From positions 1 to 64,000 of the IMG/VR virus record IMGVR_UViG_3300037851_000950: a DNA stretch of 64,000 nt. One strand, given 5' to 3'. Below, one piece after another: positions 36,160 through 48,900 of this stretch. Position numbers and translations under genes: made by a program. Positions within the stretch are counted from its first letter, which is position 1; every line of letters starts with the position of its first letter. Source of the stretch: a virus. The notes under the pieces are model-generated. The model saw only the letters and a program-made list of their open reading frames with translations, was not told where the DNA came from and searched no databases.

Positions 36160-38217
36160 ATGAAAAAGTATCAGGTAGGGGGCAAAGTAACTGCCTCGAC
36201 TCTTCTGAACGGAAAGAAGATTTCCGATCTCACAGAAGATGACGTTCGCGCACTTGCTGCCAAACAGAAGTGGTCCGAGCAGGATACAAAACGTGCCATC
36301 AAGGGGTTCCGCAACTTTGACAAGTCTGCGGAACTTGAGTTTGATGAGAACGGCAAAACCTTCAACACTGTTCAAGGTGGCCGTTACGCAGGTCCGTCTT
36401 CAAAGAGCACTGGTAACAAGAAAGGTTTCCAGGTTGGAGATCTTGTCGGCATGGGTAAAAATGTGAACTACTTCGCAGGTCTTATAGGCTCGACCATGAA
36501 TGCTTACAAAGAAGGGCTCAAGAAGACCGAGACCAAGAAAGCAGATGACGGGTTTAACGAAAAAGATGAACTCGCCGACGCAGCTTATGGTGAACGCGAG
36601 CGTGCAACGCGTGCAAAACAAATATCTCAGGACACACTACCGGAAGATCCTCGGATTCCGAAGACTCCCGTCAAACCTACTCCAGCAGAAAACGTGTTTG
36701 TCTACGATGACGCTCCTCCTGTCGAGCGCTATCAACCGGCGACTACAAAAAAGCAAGCGGGCAAGTCTGCGCAAGCAAATACAGAGTCGCAGTCTATTTT
36801 CAGAACACCTGAAGAAATGGGGCAGTATCTAAGCAACCTTGCAGGCAGATTCAACAGAGGATTTGTTAATCTTCCCGCAACTTTTGCAAACATGCCCGCC
36901 GACATTATCAATTTGTTTGGCGGAAATATTCCTGAAGAACAAAAACTGGGTTATGGTTGGCAAACCAATGTGACTGGTGAGTTAGCAAAACTACCCAATT
37001 CTCCACTTAAAGTGGATTCTACTATAAACGATATTCCAAGTCAAATCATGGAGGCACTGCCCATTCTTATGACGGGAAGAACTCCGGCGGGGCAAGTATT
37101 CAAATCAGCACCAGTTACTGTGAAAGCTGCTGATCTTGTTGGAAAAGGTGCTGCTAAAGTAGAAAGAGCTACGAAAGCTACCGCAGAAGTAATTCCCAAT
37201 ACCGCCAAAGCACTTACCAAAATGGCTACCAGGAGAGGGTGGGTTCCCAGTGTGGCGAATCTTATTAAGTTTCCTGAATTGAGCAAGCTTTCCAAAATAA
37301 GATCTGCAGCAAAATCCCAAACTGTCGATTGGACTACCGGAATATCTCCTGAAAGAGTTGAGGCCATCAAAAAAATGATGTATGAAATGGACATGGGCTT
37401 TCGCTCTGGTGGGAAACTTCCCAAGGCTCAGGATGGACTTAAGTTGCCAAAGTATCCTTGGATGACAGATCCCGAGATAAAACTTGAACCGGCCTCTGCA
37501 ACCGTAGCGCTCGGCAATCGATTGGCCCAAACTCCCGATACTGCTCGCGAAGTAGAAGGTGGAGACGAACCTCCCCCAAAAGAAAGCGTATTCAAGAAAT
37601 TCATGAAGGGTGATGGTCTTGAAACGGCCGTCTCCATAGGATTCCCCTTGCTCGCCTCCCAGCTCTTAAAGGGGGGTTATGGCGGTGCCGGTCGTCCGGT
37701 CGAGAAAGTTGAGCTGGCCGTAATGCCCGAGCAAGATCTTCCCGGAAGACCCAAACCGATGTCGCTTACTACTTCTGACCGTTGGAAAGGCGTAGATGCA
37801 AGTGTCGGTCGTGCAGATCAGGTCAATCGCGATAATGCGAATACTGTTGCGGAGAATGCTTGGCGTATGCAAAACGCCATGCAAAAACTGGCAACTCGTC
37901 AGCAAGGATTCAATACGATCAATCAAGGTCGTATGTTCAATGCTCAGAACGTAAATCAGAGAGCTGGTCAAGATCAGTACATTGCTCTCCAGCGAGATAT
38001 GTTCAACAAGCAGATTCTGAACAGCATTCTCGAAGGAACTTACGGCAACGTGCTGAAAGGTATCCGCGAACCTCGTGTCAATCGTGCAGCCGAACAATCT
38101 GAAAATGACCGCACGATCATCAAATACGGTGATGAAAATTCTCAGGCATATAAAGAAGCTCTGAAACGGATGGGTTATTCGATTTCCAAAAGAGAAGGAA
38201 AATCCAAAGCATCTTAG
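36160..38217 (+). CDS. Cargo/ejection protein
   Basis: Likely start MKKYQVGGK; Q/N-rich helical C-terminus. Confidence 0.7.
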   Translation: MKKYQVGGKVTASTLLNGKKISDLTEDDVRALAAKQKWSEQDTKRAIKGFRNFDKSAELEFDENGKTFNTVQGGRYAGPSSKSTGNKKGFQVGDLVGMGKNVNYFAGLIGSTMNAYKEGLKKTETKKADDGFNEKDELADAAYGERERATRAKQISQDTLPEDPRIPKTPVKPTPAENVFVYDDAPPVERYQPATTKKQAGKSAQANTESQSIFRTPEEMGQYLSNLAGRFNRGFVNLPATFANMPADIINLFGGNIPEEQKLGYGWQTNVTGELAKLPNSPLKVDSTINDIPSQIMEALPILMTGRTPAGQVFKSAPVTVKAADLVGKGAAKVERATKATAEVIPNTAKALTKMATRRGWVPSVANLIKFPELSKLSKIRSAAKSQTVDWTTGISPERVEAIKKMMYEMDMGFRSGGKLPKAQDGLKLPKYPWMTDPEIKLEPASATVALGNRLAQTPDTAREVEGGDEPPPKESVFKKFMKGDGLETAVSIGFPLLASQLLKGGYGGAGRPVEKVELAVMPEQDLPGRPKPMSLTTSDRWKGVDASVGRADQVNRDNANTVAENAWRMQNAMQKLATRQQGFNTINQGRMFNAQNVNQRAGQDQYIALQRDMFNKQILNSILEGTYGNVLKGIREPRVNRAAEQSENDRTIIKYGDENSQAYKEALKRMGYSISKREGKSKAS

Positions 38218-38243
38218 TTAATTCGTCGCTAAATTGATTTCAC

Positions 38244-39929
38244 ATGGCAGGAGAATATCCGTTCATAAATGCTCCCGGATCGGGTTGGCACGATACTTCC
38301 CCGAACTCAGGTACTGTCGCTCGTCAAATCCGTTCACAAACCAAAGAGAGACTCCTTCAGGAGGCTCAGTCGTTATTGCCGGATTCCAATGCTCTCTCTG
38401 AGCAGCTCATCAAGTACAAGCTCTCTGGTGGAGATCGTAATGTCTTTGTAGGACAACTCAACGGTATGATAAACGAGTACCTCAAAGAGTTCAACGAGAA
38501 TCCTTACTATGCTTTTACTAAGCGTGGGAAGGATCTCTCCAAAAAGATGCAACAGTGGGTGAATCATCCCTCGCTGACTTCCTTGGAAGCAAATCAAAAG
38601 CGGCTTGAGAAAGAATACGAACGTGCAGAACGTGACGGTATACTTGGCAAAATCAACGTGGTCGGAGGTAAGATTTCGGCCTACGACACCAAGAACAAAC
38701 GCTTCACCTTGGTTTCTCCGGAGAACATCGACTATAAGCGCTATCAACCGTTGACTGTTCAGGACGCCTTGGATTTTCAAGGCAAAACCGGATTTTTCAA
38801 TCAGGAAGATCCATATACACCAAACGATCCGTTGGAAATATCAATGGCTTCGGACAAGGAATTGCGGGATCATATCAACGCAATTCTTACCGACACAGGA
38901 GACACAACTCTTGACGATACTCTCGCAAAGCTTGAGAATGTTACGGGAAAAATGAGCGATCTGGCCACAAGCCGGATATCTTCAAATTCTCAGCAGCTCT
39001 CCATGAAAATGAACGCACTTATGTCTGCGGCCGGTCTTTCGGGAAACTACTGGGATACTCTCAAATCAAATGCCTATTCCGCACTTCGTGATGCTAAGGG
39101 TGCATTCCCGAGTGAAGAGCGGGTCAATCAGGAAGCTGTTAACTATCTGAAGAATCTCATCTTCAGTCGCAGCAAGTATGCAGAGAACATTACTCCTCTT
39201 CCCCAGCATATCCTGAAGGCCACTGGCAAAGGCGATGGTTCTGAAAAGGATACAAATGTGGGTGTTGTACAGGGACTTCTCGAAAATCAAATTGGATCTG
39301 TCATCGATAATATAACGAACGTCAATCCTACGAATCCTCGTCAAATGTATACCGGCAGACAGGTTCCTTTGATAAATGTCTTGGGAGCAAATAACCAACT
39401 CTACGGCGCACTCCCTGCTCCCGCAAATGCTGTTCTCAATTCCTTTGTAACGCAGGCAGGAACAATAACCACTCAGCTCGGAGATGTCCCTCTAAAAGAC
39501 AAGCGGATGATTATTCCTGCAAAAGATGGAAAGTTTACCATTGTGCCGGATGGCTCTAAGGCGTGGGTTATTATGGATGCGTACGTTCCCGAAGATAATT
39601 TCCAAGAAGAAGCGGGGGCAAATATAAACGCTGTTGAAGTTGACGAGAATGACAAAGGTTATATTGAGAACCTTCTTTCCATCATGAATAAAGAGTCCGA
39701 AACAAATCCATTGATGCACTTTCCTGACACAGGAGGATTTATGGGCAAGGATTACGTAAAAGTTGCTATCAAATTCGAGTATGACCCGAATCTGAATGAC
39801 ATGTTCAGAGTAGCGACAGATAAGAACCCCTTGTATATGCCTCGTGAAGGAGCTAACTTGTTTGGTACAAAAAAACAGAAAGAACAAGCTGATCCGAATT
39901 TGCAACGAAATATTTACCAGGAAGAATAA
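38244..39929 (+). CDS. Cargo/ejection protein
   Basis: 561 aa, directly before the vRNAP gene. Confidence 0.65.
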   Translation: MAGEYPFINAPGSGWHDTSPNSGTVARQIRSQTKERLLQEAQSLLPDSNALSEQLIKYKLSGGDRNVFVGQLNGMINEYLKEFNENPYYAFTKRGKDLSKKMQQWVNHPSLTSLEANQKRLEKEYERAERDGILGKINVVGGKISAYDTKNKRFTLVSPENIDYKRYQPLTVQDALDFQGKTGFFNQEDPYTPNDPLEISMASDKELRDHINAILTDTGDTTLDDTLAKLENVTGKMSDLATSRISSNSQQLSMKMNALMSAAGLSGNYWDTLKSNAYSALRDAKGAFPSEERVNQEAVNYLKNLIFSRSKYAENITPLPQHILKATGKGDGSEKDTNVGVVQGLLENQIGSVIDNITNVNPTNPRQMYTGRQVPLINVLGANNQLYGALPAPANAVLNSFVTQAGTITTQLGDVPLKDKRMIIPAKDGKFTIVPDGSKAWVIMDAYVPEDNFQEEAGANINAVEVDENDKGYIENLLSIMNKESETNPLMHFPDTGGFMGKDYVKVAIKFEYDPNLNDMFRVATDKNPLYMPREGANLFGTKKQKEQADPNLQRNIYQEE

Positions 39930-39937
39930 ACGCATCC

Positions 39938-42900
39938 ATGGAACCAATCAATAACTCCAAAGAATCACCGACTACACTTCCTACCCCCACCACTCCCGTC
40001 ACCGGCAAGGCAACCCCTGCGCTGGGCCAGAAGTTTGACTGGTTTCTTGACGATCTGGACGGTAAGAACGCTAACCCGGCGGACCTTTACCACTCCGGTA
40101 TTCGTCCGGAACATCTTGCAATGCACGATGCTGAAAAGTATTGGAGCAGACCGGAGATTCAGCAAAAATTCAAAGCTCAGTTTGGAGAAAAGGCAAAAGA
40201 ACAATTCGAGAATGTGTACAAGCTGTCGAAAGATCGGCTTCAAGCATTCCGCCAGGATGCTTACGATATTGATGCTACCTCGACGCCTGTATTCGATTTT
40301 CGTACACCCGCTGCAGAACGCCTGGCTGCAGCCGGGAAAGGCTCGTTCAGCAAGGCTTCGCCTGTACGTAAAGAAGCTCCTGCCGGTGGGATAGATCCTT
40401 GGGGGCGTCAATTGCTCGGGATCAACCGTAATACCCGGGTCATGTCGCTCGGGCCCCCTCAACATGGTTGGAGAGAGACGCCCAACATTAAGGTAAAGAC
40501 TCCTGACGGACGTTACGTCACTGTCGAGGAATACAAGAAGATTGATCCGGATGCTACGTTTGTTCATGCGGTAAATGAAGACGGATCTCCGATGGTTGGC
40601 GAGGATGCTCAAAACTATCTTCGTCCGCTTGCCTGGGGTGAAGAGAAAAGAACTTATGAACAATACTGGACAGGTGATTCTTGGAACGTATTTGGGTCCA
40701 CTGGAATCGGTACTCCGGAATGGTATGCTGCAAAATGGCTACCCAAGAATGTAATGAATTTTTCGGCCGATACTATCGATGCCATGGCCGAAACATTCAA
40801 GCTCGCTGATAACTTTTTCCAGACCGGCGTGCAGAGTGACTGGGACAAAGCGATGACCAACATTCAGAATGTCACCATGTCCAAGATGTGGGGGTCAACA
40901 TCTGAATACGGAATGAGCGATTGGAAAACCGCAGAGGGTCTTGGAGATGGCTTTGCTCAAGTCGGCATGCAATTGCTTGGCATGATGGGAGTCATCAAGG
41001 GAGTGACTGGACTGTCTCGTGTTGCAAAGCTTGGAGCTGGTACACGCGCCGGTTCTCGTGCGGCTCTTCTGTGGATGTCGGCTATTGCTTCCGACGATTT
41101 TGCCAAAGAGGGTCGTGAGATTGGACTCACTCCCAAAGAGCAGGCAACTGCTTGGGGCGCATATATGTTTGGTATGTACTATCTGGAGAAGCTTTCCGAA
41201 CTGGTAGTCGACCCGATTACTTCCGGATTCCAGGTAAAGCAAGCGGTAAAGAAGATGCTCATTCCTTCTCTTGCTGCAGCCAAAGCCACCTCACCAACAA
41301 AAACACTCGCATTGCCCGGCATTATCCAGGCAGTCAAGTCTACTCGTGCCTGGCTTGACGATGGTCTCCGGGAGATGATGACTTCTCCCTCCAAACTGGT
41401 CAAGTATACTGCCGCAGGCGCTACCGAAGCGACTGAAGAAGGTCTGCAGCTTGTCTGGGACAAGGGATTTAAGACTGGATACAACGAAATCTATGGTGAC
41501 TACATCGGCTCCCCGGAGTATGATCAACTCACCAACCGTAACAAGGACGCTCGCTTCAAGCCCAATTGGGATACTTTCTCTACCGAACTCGCTGCCAACC
41601 TCACCATGGGTTTTGCCGGCGGTGTGTTCTTCAAGTTTTCTCAGAGCATGTTCGAACGTAACACGCCGACCGATCGTCGTGAAGTGCTCGCGTTGGGAGC
41701 CATTGAAGGTGGTTTCGAGAAGGCCAATCGTTATCTCGACGATCTGTGGAGCCGTGATAAAATTCTTCCCGGCCAGAAGTATACCGATGCTTTTGGCAAA
41801 GCGCTGGAGAAAGGCAAAGAAATGTCCTCTCGTTCCGGAATGGCTTACCAGGCAATGAAGGCCGAGCTCCGCATGGCCGAGCAACTCTGGAATTCCAAGA
41901 ATCTTGCTATGGCAAAACCAGTCATGGCAGATCGTATTTCATACCTCAACGAAGAGACCGTTGCTCGCTATACTTCCTTCAAAAAAGATGTAACCAGTAA
42001 ACTCGAAGAACTGGACAAAATCCAGGGAGAGATGCTGGATAACAAGTTGAGCGACGTTCAGATCAAAGCTGCCGAAGCACGAGCCCAAGTTCTTGAAAAA
42101 GAACTCAAGGATATGGCGGAAGGCAAATATGCAAATCGCTATCTCCACGAAGCAATCTTTCGGGTTGATCCTCTTGTCAGAAGCAGATATACTGAAGACG
42201 CCAATTCAAATCTGGACTTCGAGCAATTCGCCAAATTGAATGCCTACATGACTGCTCGTGTAACTAACGCAGCAGAACTCCAAGGCAAAACACCCAAAGA
42301 ACTACTCAAACACATTCTTGAGAATCGTACACTCGGTTATAGCGTCGAACAAGCAAAAGAAGCAGTTACTGCTCTTGATGAGGAGTACGGTGTAATTTCT
42401 GAGGAGATGCCTGACGGAACTATCAAGAAGAAACTTCCGGAAGGAGATCTCGGCAAACAGTATGCACAAAAGAAAGCACTGATTGATTCCATGATTCTCG
42501 GTCCCGAGTGGACTGACGAACAGGCCAAGGTTCATCGTATTCTCTCCATTGATCCGCTCGACGATTTTTACGCTTCGTTTACACCTGATGGATCTGCAGG
42601 TGTTGCCTTTAAACGTCAGATAGAGGTATTGGAGAAAGAAGCCATGAGCTCTATGGCTACTGGAACCAAGGTGTTCGACGACACTACCTCGATCAGTGCA
42701 ATTGCGAGCCAGGTCATCAAGCGTATACAGCAGGCTGAGGCAATGGCCAATACTAACCGGGAAACCAATGAACTGCTTTCTAAAAACGGAATCTCGGAGA
42801 AACATCAAACCATCGATCTGCCTAAAAAGGAACAGATCATACGACAGCTTTCCGAAATGCTTGGAAGGCTTCAAACGCTTTATGAAGTTGCTCTTGCCAA

Positions 42901-45900
42901 CAAAGGCAATTTCTACAAAGCTTCCCAAGAAGCTGCTGACCGGCAGAGGATGTATACCTCGACCATGATGACTTCGCTCATCAATGCCGGAATAAGAGAA
43001 CCGAGTTACAAGCTGTTCTTCGAGACTCTTGCACCGGATGCCGCAGCTCTTACAGCGGATACCAATTCCGATAATGCTTTTGTTCGTCTTTCTAATCTGC
43101 AGAAAAAGCTTCACGATTACTTCCAAAGCGACGCGAAAGCTGCGATCACCCGGTTTATGATGATGATGGAAGAAGGCCGAATCTCTGAAGACGAGTACGG
43201 TTACATCAAAGCCATTATCTCCCAAGATCCAAAGAACTTTTACAGTGCTTATCAGGACGTGCTCAAAGGAATGACGGCCGATAACCGTACTCCATTTCCC
43301 GCACAGCTTCGCAATTCCTATCGTATCGCTGCCCATCTTTCAGGGAATGACAATGCTTGGGAATTCTACAATTCCAAGCGTCGTGAAGATGGTGCGTACC
43401 CATACGTCGTAAACCTCAACGAATCGTTTTTTCTGGATCTGCCCCAAGGCGAGGGTAAGACTTTCATCGCGGCTGTCGGCGTGGCTGCTTCTCAAAAGCT
43501 CTACGGCGGAGAAGCAGTTCTGTTTGCCAAGCGTGATTGGGTTGTCAAGAAAAACATTGCTGAGTTTGAAAGGGTCGGTGCAAAAGTGAAACCTTCCCCG
43601 GGATTCAACGGATCGTTCGAAGCTATCATGAAGTTCGTCGAGAACAAGAGCATGATGGAGAACGTACGTACGATTGTAATCGATGAGGTACAGCAATATC
43701 GGAAAGATCAGATTGCCGAGCTTGATAAATTCATTGGACTGTTCAATCAACAACAAGATCCAAGAAATCGGGTTCGTCTTCTTTTCCTTGGAGATTCTGC
43801 TCAGTATGGTCCTATGCACCCGGACCCTAAGCATTTCAATCTTCAATATCACATTGGCGATAACCCTGGTCGCTCTATTGTTGAGCGTGGAGAAAGCACA
43901 GGCTTCAATTTCCGTTCGGGCAATACCGACATCAATACTGTTCTCTCCCACTTGCGAAGCATGTGGTTGCAGAACATGGTTCGTAACTTCCCGGAGATCG
44001 TAGTTAAATACAATCTCAAGAACAGAAACGGTGTGATGATGACCGACGATATGGTCGGTTCGCTCAAGAACATTGTCGGCGCTCTTGGCCCGAACTCTCC
44101 GGACTACGTGGTGATTGCTCCGCCCGAGCGACATTCGCTTTACACCGCCGCTGGCGTACCCTCCTCTCAGATTATGGATGTAGAGCAAGCCGGAGGAGGT
44201 TCCTGGAAAGTTGTTTTTATAGATCAGGACTTTGATCTTAACAAACCTGGCGGTGCCAGATCCAACGAGATATCCAAGGCACTCACTGCTGTTGGCCGTG
44301 CTGCTGAATTTGCGGTCATTGCAAACAAACCAAGCTATGCGATAAGAAGTGTCGAGGGAGAATCTATCGGTAAAGAAAATCAGTTCTCGACCGAAGAAAT
44401 GACCCGAATGCGCACCAAGGAATTGACCTCTCTTGAAAACGCCTCACTTCCTGTAAATCCTACTATTGATCCGGTAATCAACAGAGAGTATACTTCTGTC
44501 ACCCTTGAGACTGTTGTTAAGACCGAATATGCAGATGTCAATACTGACATCAACGAACAGATCAATAAGATGGTGGCAAGTACGATCGGTAAGTTGCCGA
44601 ACTACGCGCTGACTCATACATACTACAACTACGCGTCTTCCAAATCTGCCGATGGTACTGTCAAACAACTCTCGGAGCTTGAAGGCAAGAAACTCAAAAA
44701 GCAATTTTTCAATGGTCCCACGATGCCGTTTGAAGCAGATCGTGTTTCTTATGAGCTGAGAATACAACGCAATCAGTTTCCTACTCAAAGCGTCTACACT
44801 GTTGCGGAGCAAGAAGATCCTGCAATTCGTCACCACGAACGCATGGTTCTCTACGCCAAATTTTCAAAAGGTGGTGTTGAAATGGGGGAACTTTCTGTGG
44901 GGGAACTGAGTGTAAAAGACCTTAAGATTCCGGGAGATCCCAACGCAGTGTTTGCAATTCCTCTCAAGACAGATGAGACCTTTACGGCACTGCTTCGGTC
45001 AAACTATGCAGAAGCCGCGTCCGGTCCGAATTTCCGCAATCCTTGGAAAGCTCTTCAGAAGGAGCGCGAGCAGGGAGTGAATCGAACGAAGCTCGAAAAG
45101 AATCTCGACGATTTCATTGCCGAGAACCCGGACATTAATTTCTCGACAAAGGTATGGCACCGTACTACTGCACCTGTTGAAGGTGCTGGTAAAGCGGAAG
45201 CCACACCGTACATCTTCATTTCTGCCAAATACAGTCCTGAAGAGATGGATGAAATTCTCAGGGTTGAACAATCAAGCCAGTATGAGAAACGTCCGTACGG
45301 AACCAAATTGAGGATCTCCGATCAACAGCTTGATACCTGGCAGCAGATGGGTATTTATGGTATCCCTATTGAAGGGGGTATCGAATATCCATTTACTACA
45401 TTTCTGGAGAAGATGGCAGGCGATGCCGCACTGCCTAAAGCAGATCGCACTTTCTACGTTACTTACAACCAAGAAAGAAGACTTCGTGATTGGCTCATTA
45501 AGACGTTGTCACCAAAGAATCCCGAATTCGATTTCGAAACAAAGGACGAGTTTATCAAGAGTAAACTGTTCTCCAGCAACTCAAGAGAAGATCAAATTCG
45601 TCGTTATCTCGCAACCAAAGTCGCGCACTCAATTTATCCCCGCGGCATGCGGGAGGTTACAGAGCCGACGGAAGAAAAGGGAAGCTGGGTAAGCCGAAAA
45701 GAAAATAAGGGAGCTTTCGGTATCAAAGATGACACCAAAGATTATCAGTTGTATGCAACTGATCTCATGTTGTCTCTTTACGAGGATTCTATCAAGAAAG
45801 ATGTCGGTGAGGGTAAAGACGGACGTATGTCAGACGTCGCTCTTGCCAAAGAAGTTCTCAATGAGATTTCTCGCAAGCTCTTCCCCGACGGTTGGTGGAT

Positions 45901-48900
45901 GCACTCCAGCATTATTGAAGGTTCCACCGTTGAGCGCAAAGCTCCGTTTGGAGCCAGTGCAATCTCACGCGGGGACTACACAATCACTAATCTGCTCAAT
46001 GTTCCCAGACCAGTCATGCAAATTCCAATCGACGCAATCAACAATGCGTTGAATGGGTCTGTACCTTCTGAGGTGAACATTACAGTAGAGCAGCGGCCGG
46101 CAGTAAAAGAGGAAACCAAGCAGGCAGATATCATTGATGCCGACAAAGATCCCGACACGGGATTGCCTATCGGAGAATACGTTCGCAAATTCGAGGGTGC
46201 TCCTGATACGATTGAGGGCATTCAGGCTCGTTGGTTTGGCAAAGGCTCTGATTTTTATTACCTGCACGAATTCACAACCTATTTCAGAAACCAGGTTTAC
46301 AACTCGGTCTTCAATCTGCAGTCTGAGACTCCTCACATTGCTACTGAAGAAAGCTTGAACGATTCTCTCTCTGCACTGCGTCGTTCGATTTCCCAGCGCA
46401 TCAAAAGCTTCCAAGATGCCGGAATAAATCAGAGTCAGTATGCTGTTCGAGGATTGCTTCGAAACTCCAGAGAATCGTACTACGCGTATGTAATGCACTA
46501 CGAGTTTGATGCACTCCTGAAAAACTACGTTCAATCTATTCGAAAAGATCCTGCCGGGCGCTATCGTTTTGTCTCTGACAAATTCTCATTCAACCAGATG
46601 AGCGATTCTGGTCACGAGGTTTCTCACATCGGAACGGGTTCAAAGATGGTTGCCCTCCACATCTACAATACTCCGTTCATTGAAGTCGCTTTTGGGAAAG
46701 ACAAGGATGGAAACATCATTAAGGAATACGTAAGTAGTCGTACTCTGAATCAGGGCGATTATGTTCGCTTGATTCGAGATATGCAGGATAACGACATCAC
46801 CTCCAGGGAGAAGGCGCTTGCCTATTTCTCCCTGAATGGCAGTGAGCCTCAGAACGATCTGGATCGGATCAAGCGCTCCATCTATCTCCGTTTCCTTGCA
46901 CCTGCCGACAGATTGGTTAAAGTCAACGGGGCGACGTATCACTCGATGGAGACTGCTCCGCGCAATGAGCGCGAGATGCAAATTGCTGCAGATACAGTAA
47001 CTGCACTCATTTCTTTTCTGGCATCTGGCAATGTAGTTGATTATGTCAAAGTTTATCTGCACGCCGATAATCAGACAAATACTTCTGGCCGATTCACCGG
47101 TAATAAAATGCAGGCGGACTTCTTCCGTGCTGATATGGAAGCTTCAATCAAAGGTGCCTTGGAAATGAATCTCGAAAAGAGGGTTGTAAACTCCAAGACA
47201 CCTCCGCTTGCTTACTTCAGTCGCCATGATCAGGTAGCCACTTTCAAATTCAACAACGGTCCCGGTAACGAAGAGACTTTACGAGTACGCTTCAAAAACA
47301 ATGCGTATGAAATTACTGTCGGAGATACTAAAGAGCGTCCGCTCGATCCCGCTGTAATTGGCAATTTCTTCCGTCACGTTGGTTTGGGAGCGATTGATGG
47401 AAAGATGTATGACAAGATTGTGCAAGCTCCTGGCTTTGGCGCATCCATGTATGAGATTGCCAAATTCTTCAAGAAAGAAGATCCGAGCAAAGAGATATTT
47501 GAAGGAGCGTCTCTTTTCGCCTGGGAAGAATTCTCCAAAGCAATCGGGACTGTTCGGGATATTCAGGCGTCTCAGACCTACAATCTGCTTGGCAAACCAG
47601 GCAATCCTGTAAATCTTGTATCTCTTAGCAATCCCGTAGATCGCACCAATCAAAAGATCAAAGAATATCAGACGTCTCCTGTTCAGGGACCGTTGAATGT
47701 TTTGGATATTGTCAAAGGAGATCTTGGTGTTGAGGGGGTTCTTCTTCTCGAAGGGCTTATCGTACAGGGAACGCGAAGAAGCAAGTCGGTTAGCGAATTG
47801 ACTCCTCGCGAGTTTTTCAAGTTCATGTTCAGAGATCTGTATCTTTCTTCTCTGGCCAAGCAACTCAAACCTCAACATAAGGTCAACATCCCTTTTGTCA
47901 CTCGTGCCTATGCGGACAAAGGAATGGCTCCAGCGCCCATCTTCTCAAACAATGAATGGTTGCCGCGGCATAACGACGTTGTCGATATTGCTTTTCTTCG
48001 GAATCGCGCAGTAAAAAGCAAGCATCGTTATTATGTAGCTCTTGGCCAGGCAGCTTTGCAATCCTGGAAAGACGCATTTGCTGCGACGGGAATTTTGAAG
48101 AATGTTCCTATTAGCTCTGCTGCTTCTCCGGAAGAACTAATTGCTGCGCTTCAAAGAATCAATGAGATCATTCCTACTTTTGACGACGCACAAGTCAAGG
48201 TGTTAATGAAAACGGGTTTGGTGAAAGAGCTGCACTATCGTCTCAAAGCTAATGCAGACGGTACTCTTTCTATGCTACCAATGAAGCAATCGTTTCTTGA
48301 CAAGATCGATCTGCAGAAGTTAGATAAGCGCATGGCTGCAAATCTTGCCAACTTCACGACTGAGTACTACAAGATGAATGTGAAGAGCGATGAGCTCAAG
48401 CAATATCTCGATCGTATTGGTATTGATGAAGACAGTGCAATCAAGTCGTTCTTCTGGAATCAAGCGTGGGTCGCTCATAACTTCAATTCACTTCACGCTG
48501 GAGCCATTGAACAGTACGGCACTCGTGATGAGTATTCCGATATGGCAAAGCGTGCGTCCGGTCAGTCGACCCATCGTTATCGCTTTGTTGAGAGAGATAA
48601 AAACTGGGTTCCTGACGGAGCGCCGCGGAATGTAATTGAAGGTCGCAAACTTGGTCAGACGTCGAAGACTATGATCATGAATGACTTTGCTGTTACCCGA
48701 CCTTCGATCTCGTACATGGGCAATAAAGTGTCAACCGTTAAAGTATATGACGGTCTTGCGTTTCACAATCCATACGCAAGATTGCAGATGCAAGCGTCGT
48801 ATGGTGGAAACTTTGGATTCCAGGTAGGTAAGAACCTCAAGCCGATCTCTTCGTTCATGCGTCCTATTGTCGGATCTTCCCGACTCGACAAATATGCTTC

